From a bacterium (GTDB lineage Bacteria > Calditrichota > Calditrichia > RBG-13-44-9), in contig CP070707.1 in assembly GCA_020350205.1 (NCBI GenBank), forward strand, positions 2,577,090 through 2,641,089: a stretch of DNA of 64,000 bases, given 5' to 3'. The position numbers were made by a program, and so were the translations under genes. Shown here piece by piece: positions 8,844-17,614 of this stretch. Numbering within the stretch: the first letter of the stretch is position 1; each line of letters starts with the position of its first letter. Below the pieces are notes generated by a model. It had not been told where the DNA came from. It did no database searches and saw only the letters and a program-made list of their open reading frames with translations.

Positions 8844-10244
8844 TTAAAATCCTGTCCAGTGCCACCATACCGGTGGAATCAGGAGTAGCAGGGACAGCAG
8901 AATATATCCGATTTCCAGGGGGAGGAGCCATTTGAACCACTTTTCGAAAGGGACTTTTGCCATCGCTAAGGTGCCCACCGTCACGCCGGAGGTTGGAATA
9001 ATCATATTGGTGAAACCGTCGCCGAATTGATATGCCAGAACCGCTGTCTGGCGGGTGATGCCGCTAAGATCAGCCAGGGGGGCAAATAACGGCATGGTCA
9101 GGGCTGCTTTGGTAGTTCCTGACGGAATAAAAAAGTTTAATAACATCTGTACCCCGTACATCATATAAGCTGAAAGTAGCGGTAAGGTTTCTCCGGTGAG
9201 CCGGGACATGGCATAAAGTATGGTATCCATGATTTTTCCATCTTCCAGGATGACGATGATACCAGCGGCGAAGCCGACAATCAATGCTGCGCCGGCAATA
9301 TCTTTCACACCTTCAATGAAACCTTCGGCGACCTCATTAACACCTAAACCCCCGATGATGCCTCCTACGATTCCCATGGCCAGAAACAAGGCTGCCAGCT
9401 CGACGATATACCAGTGGAGTTGGATAACCCCGAAAAAGAGAAAAGCAATACCTAGGAGTAAAACCAGTAAAACACCGGCATGCCGTTTGTTAAATTCACC
9501 TACCTCCGCATTTTCCAGTTCCATCCTCTGTCGCTTTTTCTGATCAAGCTCATAGGTGATACTCTTTTCTGGAGTTTTTTTTATCTTTTCAGCATAGCGA
9601 ATGACCCAGATAATAGTCAGTAAGGTGGTAAATACCCATATCACAACCCGATACTCCCAGCCGGAAACGGGCGGGATCTCTGAAAACTTCTGGGCAATTT
9701 GAACAGTGAATGGGTTAAAAAAGGCGGTTGCGAATCCGACACCTGCCGCCAGGAAAGACAGGCAAAGACCTGTAATAGAATCATATCCCAGTGCCAGTGC
9801 CAGGGGGATAAATATCAATACAAAAGGCATAGCCTCCTCACACATCCCAAAGAATGCCCCAAAAAAGGAAAACAGCGTCATTACAATGACAATAATCCAT
9901 TTTTCATGTCCCTGCATTAATTGAACAATCTTGCTTATGGCACCCGCAATGGCTCCGGTTCTCTGAAAAACATAAAACGCCCCCCCTACCAAAAAGATAA
10001 ATCCAATAATATCAGCCATGCGGATAATCCCTTTGAGGGGAGCTTCGAAAACGGCAAAAAATTGGGGTTGATTGTCCTGAAATTGAAAAGACTCCCTGAC
10101 CAGTATCTCGCGAGTCATCCCGTCTTTTTCTACGACTTCTCGTTCATAATGTCCCCCGGGAACGACCCAGGTGGCGATTGCGGCCAGCAGAATGATCGCG
10201 TACACGATTACAAAAGTGTGTGGAATTTTGAATTTTCGCTTCAT
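8844..10244 (-). CDS. YfcC family (DcuC-like superfamily) membrane transporter, putative basic amino acid or dipeptide carrier
   Basis: The N-terminus (PHTFVIVYAIILLAAIATWVVPGG...) and the GIIRMADIIGFIFLVGGAF segment align with E. coli YfcC. About 12 TM helices. Confidence 0.8.
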   Translation of the reverse strand: MKRKFKIPHTFVIVYAIILLAAIATWVVPGGHYEREVVEKDGMTREILVRESFQFQDNQPQFFAVFEAPLKGIIRMADIIGFIFLVGGAFYVFQRTGAIAGAISKIVQLMQGHEKWIIVIVMTLFSFFGAFFGMCEEAMPFVLIFIPLALALGYDSITGLCLSFLAAGVGFATAFFNPFTVQIAQKFSEIPPVSGWEYRVVIWVFTTLLTIIWVIRYAEKIKKTPEKSITYELDQKKRQRMELENAEVGEFNKRHAGVLLVLLLGIAFLFFGVIQLHWYIVELAALFLAMGIVGGIIGGLGVNEVAEGFIEGVKDIAGAALIVGFAAGIIVILEDGKIMDTILYAMSRLTGETLPLLSAYMMYGVQMLLNFFIPSGTTKAALTMPLFAPLADLSGITRQTAVLAYQFGDGFTNMIIPTSGVTVGTLAMAKVPFEKWFKWLLPLEIGYILLSLLLLIPPVWWHWTGF

Positions 10245-10349
10245 GGAAACTCCCGCAAATTAGATATATACCGGCTGACAGAATTGAGGATGAACTAAAA
10301 GGCTTTATGAATCTATAGATGTTTATTCATCAGAGAGCTTGTTCCGGAG

Positions 10350-11480
10350 TCAAGAAATCAGGACCAATTGGTGAATAAGTCTCACGATATCTATCATATC
10401 CTGTATTTTTATGTGTTCGTCAAAACCATGTGGGTTTTTCGCACCAATTCCCAGGTCGATGGCAACAATGCCCCGGTTATTCAGGACATTGGCATCTGAA
10501 CCGCCATGGTAACGGATCGGATGGGGATCCAGGCCCACGGATTTCATGCATTCTGAAAGGCGTTGGATAGCTTCACTTTCGCGATCCAGAACAAATCCCG
10601 GAAAGGCGGATTCACTTCTCAGATTGTATTTTCCATTAAATTTGGTTTGAATCCGTTGCAATTGCGTGACTAACTCAGCATGATACTTGTCGATATTTTT
10701 CTGATAAAAGGAGCGGATTTCGCCACTGAGTATGATCCGCGAAGGAATTACATTGCTTGCTTCACCTCCGGAAATTTTTCCAAAATTGATCGTTGTATGG
10801 GAATCAATTTTCCCTACTTTAAAATTTTGGATCAAATCGCCAGCCATACTCAGTGCATTGATGCCTTTCTCCGGATTAACGGCCGCGTGACTTGCTTTTC
10901 CCAGAAACTCGATTTCGAAATCCATCGCCCAGGGGGCTGAATAAACGAAATAACCGGGATCTGCGGAGGAATCCAGAATATATGCAAGACGTGATTGTAC
11001 CAGATTTAAATTCAAATTTGTGGAACCATAAAGCCCGGTTTCTTCCCCTACCGTAAAAATGATTTCGAAGGGGAGATGCGCCAGATTATTTTTTTTCAGG
11101 TTTTCGACCAGATAGAGTATCATGGCAATTCCGGCACGGTTATCCGCACCTAATATGGTGTTTCCATCGCTATAAATAGTACCGTGTTTAATTTGGGGTT
11201 GGATGCCCTGGGTAGCTTTGACGGTGTCCATGTGCGCTGCAAAGGAAAAACCCGGAATATTTGTTTGTCCGCCTTGAGTTATTTTTGCAATAATATTTCC
11301 GGTGGTTCCGTTGATCTTTTCTCCGGTTTGATCCTCAGTGGCTTCAATATCCAGATAGCCCAGGAATTTCCGGATGTAATCGGCAACGGGTTTTTCTTGC
11401 TTAGAGATTGCATTGATCGCGACCAGGTCAAAGAAAATCTGTATCAGGCGGTCTTCGTCCGGGGCCATCTTTCCTCGCAA
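10350..11480 (-). CDS. M20 family metallopeptidase, peptidase T (tripeptidase)-like
   Basis: M20 metal ligands are present: HMDTV, GADNRAG (Asp), VGEETG (catalytic/zinc Glu-Glu) and a C-terminal His. Confidence 0.8.
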   Translation of the reverse strand: MRGKMAPDEDRLIQIFFDLVAINAISKQEKPVADYIRKFLGYLDIEATEDQTGEKINGTTGNIIAKITQGGQTNIPGFSFAAHMDTVKATQGIQPQIKHGTIYSDGNTILGADNRAGIAMILYLVENLKKNNLAHLPFEIIFTVGEETGLYGSTNLNLNLVQSRLAYILDSSADPGYFVYSAPWAMDFEIEFLGKASHAAVNPEKGINALSMAGDLIQNFKVGKIDSHTTINFGKISGGEASNVIPSRIILSGEIRSFYQKNIDKYHAELVTQLQRIQTKFNGKYNLRSESAFPGFVLDRESEAIQRLSECMKSVGLDPHPIRYHGGSDANVLNNRGIVAIDLGIGAKNPHGFDEHIKIQDMIDIVRLIHQLVLIS

Positions 11481-11501
11481 AAAATATTACTTAAAATAAT
11501 T

Positions 11502-11523
11502 ATATGAAAATATATTTTCATAT
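11502..11523. promoter_or_regulatory. Perfect 22-bp palindrome ATATGAAAATA|TATTTTCATAT in the divergent intergenic region; candidate operator for the RpiR regulon
   Basis: Exact inverted repeat read directly from the sequence. It begins 21 bp upstream of the M20 peptidase start codon and about 35 bp upstream of the nhaC -35 box. It shares an ATATGAAA half-site with the repeat at 8775..8793. Confidence 0.45.
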
Positions 11524-11558
11524 TCAATAAAAAAATTATTGCCGTTGATGAAATTACC

Positions 11559-11587
11559 TTGACAGAAATTTTCTGGTCTTGTATATT
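11559..11587 (+). promoter_or_regulatory. Sigma70-type promoter for nhaC (TTGACA-N17-TATATT)
   Basis: Consensus -35 TTGACA (11559..11564), a 17-nt spacer and -10 TATATT (11582..11587), about 80 bp upstream of the nhaC ATG. Confidence 0.45.
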
Positions 11588-11666
11588 TTGAAAAATATAT
11601 TTCACCCATTTAAATTTCCGTAATGATTGTTTCGTGTAATGATAAAAAAAGTTCTAAAGATTCTTT

Positions 11667-13082
11667 ATGAGTATGACCTCAAAACACAATCCTAAACCAC
11701 CGGGTTTATTTGTTTCTGTAATTCCCCTGCTGAGCATGGTGCTGTTACTGATTGTCGGTTATGGCATATTCAGAATTGGAGCGGAAGTTCTGCTGGTTAT
11801 TGCCGCTTTTATTACCGGTCTCCTGGCTCGTATCAGCGGATATTCCTGGGATATTATGCAGAAGGGGATTGTAGAGAGTATCACCAAGGCACTTCCGGCC
11901 ATGTTAATTGTTATCACCGTCGGTGTACTGATTGGATCCTGGATCGTTGGCGGAACCATCCCTATGTTGATCTATTACGGTCTGAAATTGATATCCCCCC
12001 GCTTTTTTTTGTTGAGTGCCTGCATGGTCTGTAGTATCATTTCGCTTTTCACGGGAACCAGTTGGGGAACTGTGGGAACCATTGGAATTGCCTTTATCGG
12101 AGTCGCCGAGGGTCTCAATATTCCAGCTGCCCAGGCCGCTGGGGCAATTATTTCCGGGGCCTATTTTGGAGATAAATTATCTCCCTTCTCGGATACCACC
12201 AATCTGGCGCCTATCGCTGCCCGGAGTAACCTTTTCGATCATATTAAACATATGCTCTGGACAACTCTTCCGGCATGGTGTATCGGTCTCTTCATATATC
12301 TCTTGCTGGGGTTATTCTACCATTCTGGGGAACAGATTACTCTTCCGGTAGAATTGTTGAGCACTTTAAAAAAGTCTTTTACGTTTAATATTTTCCTTCT
12401 TCTCCCACCTCTAATTGTGCTGTACTTTGCCGTCAGAAAATTACCGACGATACCGGGAATGCTAATCTCTTCATTTATCGCTTTAATCCTGGGAATCCTT
12501 TTTCAGAAAATCAATGTAACCTCCGCGCTTGCTGCCTTGACCAACGGCTACCAATCGCAAACCGGCCTGGCCGAACTGGACAGGCTGCTCTCACGGGGGG
12601 GGATGATGAGTATGATGGGAGTCACCCTCATTGCTTTCTGTGCCTTCGGCTTTGCAGGAATAATGCAGAGTACGGGTATGTTGGATCGGATCTTAACGGC
12701 CTTAGCGCGATTTACTAAAACTACCGGTATTTTGGTTGCCAGCACTGTGATGAGCTGTATTTCGGTGGCATTAATGACCGGTAGCTCTTTTCTCTCCATT
12801 ATTATTCCAGGTGAATTATTTGCACCGCTGTATAAAGAGAAGAATCTGGCTGCGAAAAATCTCTCCCGTACTACGGAAGATTCAGGAACTGTAATCGTTC
12901 CCCTGATTCCTTGGAGTATGGCAGCTGTTTTTATGAGCGGAACGTTGGGTGTGTCAACACTGGACTATCTTCCCTGGACCTTCATGAATTACATCGGTTT
13001 TTTATTTGCTCTGATTTATGGATTTACAGGTCTCGCTATAAGTCCAAAAATTAGGGAAGATGAGACTCAACCTGGAAGCTAA
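11667..13082 (+). CDS. nhaC: Na+/H+ antiporter NhaC family transporter
   Basis: 12 TM helices. GSWIVGGTIPMLIYYGLKLISP and duplicated NhaC-type repeats. Divergent from the peptidase operon. Confidence 0.8.
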   Translation: MSMTSKHNPKPPGLFVSVIPLLSMVLLLIVGYGIFRIGAEVLLVIAAFITGLLARISGYSWDIMQKGIVESITKALPAMLIVITVGVLIGSWIVGGTIPMLIYYGLKLISPRFFLLSACMVCSIISLFTGTSWGTVGTIGIAFIGVAEGLNIPAAQAAGAIISGAYFGDKLSPFSDTTNLAPIAARSNLFDHIKHMLWTTLPAWCIGLFIYLLLGLFYHSGEQITLPVELLSTLKKSFTFNIFLLLPPLIVLYFAVRKLPTIPGMLISSFIALILGILFQKINVTSALAALTNGYQSQTGLAELDRLLSRGGMMSMMGVTLIAFCAFGFAGIMQSTGMLDRILTALARFTKTTGILVASTVMSCISVALMTGSSFLSIIIPGELFAPLYKEKNLAAKNLSRTTEDSGTVIVPLIPWSMAAVFMSGTLGVSTLDYLPWTFMNYIGFLFALIYGFTGLAISPKIREDETQPGS

Positions 13083-13408
13083 TTAAGGGAACATGTTGTT
13101 TTTTCGGACAATTAACATGGTCCTGTTTGATAATAAATCTTGACAATTTACTTTTTGTATAATAAATTGTGAAATAATAATTACATTTTACAACTAATAT
13201 GCAACGAATATTACAAATTAAGAGTTCTTCCTTTATTTATATTCTGTTTCCTTCATTCATTTTAGGATTTTTATGCCAATCTCTCGGGTGTCATCTTGTT
13301 CTACAAATCTTTACATAATATGTTGATGACTCGAATTTAATGTATTATAAAATCGCTGAACAATGTAATACCAAGTTTACTTATTTAACTTAACACAGGA
13401 GATCAGAT

Positions 13409-14539
13409 ATGAAACGAAATTTACCGGTTTTTAATAGTCTTATTATTCTTTTATTTTTTGTCATTGCTGACATGTTTGCCCAATCTGCCTGGTTCGATAA
13501 CGGTACTATTGGTGTAAAATTTAGAAATTATGGTGAAATTGAAATCTATTCTCCCGTTACCATGACCGATACTCTTTATCAGATCGATCGACTCTCAACT
13601 TTAGGGGGTGTTTCCTCTGATTCGGTTTTTAGCTGGAGAACAGATCAGGATTGGGAAGACCAACCCGTCTTGGTAAGTTCACCCCAGTTTAGTGATTATG
13701 AAATTTTCGGGTCTGTAAATAACCTTTATTCGCTGGAACCACCTGATATTCTCATAAAAATGAACCTGTACGGATGGCAGACCGGGGGATACACGATTAT
13801 GAAATTCACCATAATTAACCGAGAATCCATACCTTTATCTCTCTATTTTGGATTTGAAATTATTCCTGAAACAGATGGCGAATATGGGTTTGAAACGATT
13901 CATTATTTGCCCTCCCAGGATGCTTTCTCGATCTATCGTGATTCGACCCAGACTGGTTTTAAATTTCTTAATTCACCTCTGGGGGGGTTGCGTGTATTTG
14001 AATGGTATTCTGGTTATGATGACATTGATGATAGTCTCTATACTTGGTTGTCCTATGGCGCAGTTGATACATTATACATTTCAACCAATACAGAAGGGAC
14101 CGTGGAAATTCCATCGATCGATGAAACAACCATTCCGGCGGGTGATTCTCTCGTTTCGTTTCTCGCCATTGCAGTTGGAAACAATGAGTCAAACATGTTA
14201 GGGAATTTAGCCTTAGCTGTTCAACAGTACAATAATATATTCACCAGCCTTTCAACAGGCAATGAAAGTCTCCCTCGGGAATACAGCGTGCTGCAAAACT
14301 ATCCGAATCCATTCAACCCGTCCACAATTATTGGCTTTCAGCTGCCCCGTAAAGAAAAGGTGAATTTGAGTGTATTCAATGCGGTTGGGCAGAAAATAGC
14401 AGTACTTCTGGACGGTGAAGTACCAGCCGGAAATCATCAGGTTACTTTTAATGCAGCAGACTATCCTGGCGGTATTTATTTCTATAAACTGACAACTGAT
14501 GATTTTACGGAAACCAAAAAAATGTTACTCATAAAGTAG
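13409..14539 (+). CDS. Secreted protein with a T9SS type A C-terminal sorting domain
   Basis: Signal peptide. Canonical CTD: LQNYPNPFNPSTIIGFQLP...VFNAVGQKIAVLL...GIYFYKLTTDDFTETKKMLLIK. Confidence 0.8.
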   Translation: MKRNLPVFNSLIILLFFVIADMFAQSAWFDNGTIGVKFRNYGEIEIYSPVTMTDTLYQIDRLSTLGGVSSDSVFSWRTDQDWEDQPVLVSSPQFSDYEIFGSVNNLYSLEPPDILIKMNLYGWQTGGYTIMKFTIINRESIPLSLYFGFEIIPETDGEYGFETIHYLPSQDAFSIYRDSTQTGFKFLNSPLGGLRVFEWYSGYDDIDDSLYTWLSYGAVDTLYISTNTEGTVEIPSIDETTIPAGDSLVSFLAIAVGNNESNMLGNLALAVQQYNNIFTSLSTGNESLPREYSVLQNYPNPFNPSTIIGFQLPRKEKVNLSVFNAVGQKIAVLLDGEVPAGNHQVTFNAADYPGGIYFYKLTTDDFTETKKMLLIK

Positions 14540-15113
14540 TATCAGGTTGTTAGTATATTTTCTTTTAAGCTGAGTGCCCGTTTTTATAATGAATCTGCCA
14601 GGTGAATAATCATATGGTTCAGATGGTCTAATGTTCAACCCCATGCGTATTTGAATCTTCAGATTTCATTCCTGGGGAGAATGGACATACATTTGGATAT
14701 GGCGATTTAAAAGATTTCCATTCCATTAAGGAATGAGTATATCATAACAAGACAAGTAAAATTAAGGAAGTATAGCTGGCTGTATCTAAAATATCTCGAG
14801 TTCATTTCCTGGCAGAGGAAGGTTGAAATGTTGATCTGGAAGGGGCCAATAAAAACCAATCAGGGTTGCGTCCAATGGATAAGACGAGTACTCTCCTATG
14901 ATTGCCAGTATACCACGAATAATGTCGTTAATAATTAGAGAATGAGGTGCTGGGAATTTCGTTTAAAAAGGTCCACCGAAACCGAATTTACTGTACAACT
15001 TTTTTCTTGTCAGAAAAGAAGAGAGTATAGTGGTTTATAAATAATTGTATAATGATGGTTTCATAGAGGAAAGCATTTGCTGAGTCATATGACCTGAACC
15101 AGAAGGAAATCCC

Positions 15114-17573
15114 ATGAAGAAGTTCATTGTTATTTTTTTCTGCCTGATTTCAGTTTTACAGGGAGGTGTAACAGGAAAAATTGTTGGCGTCGTTCGGGAT
15201 GCAAACACGTCTCAACCCCTTATTGGAGCAAATATTGAGGTAATCTCGAAAACACTGACAGGTGCTGCAACCGACCTGGATGGCACATTTATGATTTTGA
15301 ATCTACCTCCCGATTACTACCAGATTCGGGTAAGCTACATGGGATATGAAACAACAATTGTGGAAAATGTAAGAGTCGTGGTGGATCAGGCAACTACTCT
15401 TTCAATCAAACTGGGCCCATCGACCATTACCGGGGAAGAGGTTGTCATCATCGCCGAAAATCCTTTGGTTCAGAAGGATCTGACCAGTACGATTTCGGTG
15501 GTGAGAAGAGAGGAAATTGAGAATCTGCCGGTTACCAACTTTTCTGAGTTACTCTCACTTCAGGCAGGAGTGATCGGTAGCGGGTCAAATCTGCATATTC
15601 GAGGTGGAAGATCAAATGAAATTGCTTTTCTGATTGATGGAATGTATGTCAGAGATCCTCTGCTGGGAGGTCTTGCAACGGAAATCAATAATGATGCTAT
15701 TCAGGAGATGAGCTTGCTGAGCGGTACCTTCAATGCAGAATATGGAAATGCTTTGAGTGGGGTAGTCAACATCATTACCCGGGATGGTGGAGAAAATTTT
15801 GGGGGAAAGTTTGAAGGAAGAACCAGTCAATTCGGTGTCAGTCGATATGCAGAATATGATCGGTCAAGAATTAACGGATATATCGGAGGTCCCCTTATTA
15901 CCCAGAATGTGAAATTTTTTTTTTCCGGAGAGAGTTTCGAAAGAGGATCTTATCTGCCTTTTGGATACAATGATATAATGACAGGGTTTGCTAAAGTTTC
16001 TATTCTGTTACCAGGTAATCTGAAATTAACCTGGAGTAATCGAGCCTCAAAAGAAAAGAGGCAGGGATATTATCATTCCTGGAAATATATACCGGAACAA
16101 TATCTGAGGATTCGAACAGATAGTTATCAATCTATTTTGACGCTGACTCATTCAATAACACCTAAATTTTTCTATGATCTCCGGGTGTCTTATTTTAATC
16201 AGGGATACTATTCAGGAATTGACAAGGACACTTCAGCATATCTGGCCTCCTCGCAACGGCAATATTTGTCAACGGCTGGAAATGGGTTTGAATTTTGGGA
16301 AAAAGCCGATCCAGTGGAATTAACCGATAGCCGCACCGTAACCGCTGATCTGAAGGCAGATTTTGTGTGGCAACTCAATAAAATTCATGAGATTAAATTC
16401 GGATTTCAGTACTTACAACACCGGATCCGCCTGTTTTATGTTTATGATCCTAAACGGAATTTTCCGTATATAAATGATTACACAACTGAACCTCTTGAAT
16501 CTGCCGGGTATGTTCAGGATAAAATTGAATTTCCCTTCCTTGTTATCAATCTGGGACTGCGTTTTGATTATATGAATGCGAACACCACATTTCGGAAGGA
16601 TCCCCTTGACCCAAATTCCTTAGTAAAGGTTGATAGCCGTCAACAACTTAGTCCCAGAGTAGGTATCGCACATCCGATCTCTGAGAAGACAAAATTACAC
16701 TTTTCATACGGACATTTCTTCCAGAATCCGGATTTTCAATTTCTATTTGAAAACCAGCAGTATGACTTGAATGTCAGAGAGCCTCTCTTCGGGCAGGCAG
16801 ATCTGGATGCTGAAAGGACTGTGTCGTATGAAGTAGGATTGGCGCATCAATTCTCTCCCAGAATGGCATTAAGTTTAACCGCTTTTTACAGAGATGTAAC
16901 AGGCTTAATCGGAACCCGATATTATCAGGCATTCAGCCAGGGACGTTATGTGGGATACACCCTGTATGTGAATGAAGATTATGCGAATATCAGGGGTCTT
17001 GAGCTTAATATTGACCTGCGACCCGGTCGATATCTATCGGGTGGTTTAAATTATAGCTATCAGATAGCAAAGGGAAGTGCCTCTTCTGAGACAGAACAGT
17101 ACCCCGGAACAGAAGAATCGACAAAACTTTATTTCTTGGATTTTGACCAAACCCATGTATTCAATGTCAATGGTACACTTGTCATTCCCAAGGATAGAGG
17201 ACCGAGTCTCTTTAACTGGAAAATTTTTGGAAATACGGATATGAGCTTGATCCTAAGATTTAATTCTGGATATCCTTATACGCCGAGTGGTCGTGATATT
17301 GGTTTTGTGGATAAAAATTCATTACGGCGGCCAACAAATTATACTGTGGACATGGAGATCGGAAAGGCATTTAAATTTTACAAACAGGCGAAAATGAGAA
17401 TTTTTGTGGAGGTGTTGAACCTGACCGATTACCGCAATATTATCTATGTATATCCTGACACGGGAGATCCCGACTTCACTTTTGTGGGAGATCCTTCCGA
17501 GGAGTACATGAAAGATCCGTCTAATTATGGACCACCTCGTACAATCAGCCTGGGCGCATCCGTAATATTTTGA
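15114..17573 (+). CDS. TonB-dependent receptor-like outer-membrane protein with an N-terminal carboxypeptidase-regulatory-like domain
   Basis: Signal peptide, a CarboxypepD_reg-like beta-sandwich (GKIVGVVRD...QIRVSYMGY), a plug region (NLPVTNFSELLSLQAGV), a large beta-barrel and a C-terminal aromatic residue (VIF). Confidence 0.8.
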   Translation: MKKFIVIFFCLISVLQGGVTGKIVGVVRDANTSQPLIGANIEVISKTLTGAATDLDGTFMILNLPPDYYQIRVSYMGYETTIVENVRVVVDQATTLSIKLGPSTITGEEVVIIAENPLVQKDLTSTISVVRREEIENLPVTNFSELLSLQAGVIGSGSNLHIRGGRSNEIAFLIDGMYVRDPLLGGLATEINNDAIQEMSLLSGTFNAEYGNALSGVVNIITRDGGENFGGKFEGRTSQFGVSRYAEYDRSRINGYIGGPLITQNVKFFFSGESFERGSYLPFGYNDIMTGFAKVSILLPGNLKLTWSNRASKEKRQGYYHSWKYIPEQYLRIRTDSYQSILTLTHSITPKFFYDLRVSYFNQGYYSGIDKDTSAYLASSQRQYLSTAGNGFEFWEKADPVELTDSRTVTADLKADFVWQLNKIHEIKFGFQYLQHRIRLFYVYDPKRNFPYINDYTTEPLESAGYVQDKIEFPFLVINLGLRFDYMNANTTFRKDPLDPNSLVKVDSRQQLSPRVGIAHPISEKTKLHFSYGHFFQNPDFQFLFENQQYDLNVREPLFGQADLDAERTVSYEVGLAHQFSPRMALSLTAFYRDVTGLIGTRYYQAFSQGRYVGYTLYVNEDYANIRGLELNIDLRPGRYLSGGLNYSYQIAKGSASSETEQYPGTEESTKLYFLDFDQTHVFNVNGTLVIPKDRGPSLFNWKIFGNTDMSLILRFNSGYPYTPSGRDIGFVDKNSLRRPTNYTVDMEIGKAFKFYKQAKMRIFVEVLNLTDYRNIIYVYPDTGDPDFTFVGDPSEEYMKDPSNYGPPRTISLGASVIF

Positions 17574-17614
17574 TGTAATTCTGGTTTTGGAAATATTATT
17601 TCGGGGAATTTCTC

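Noticed and set aside
13140-13163. TTGACA ... TATAAT pair in the AT-rich region upstream of the first T9SS cargo gene
   Set aside because: The spacer is only 12 nt, which is incompatible with a sigma70 promoter. It is probably a chance occurrence in about 25% GC DNA.
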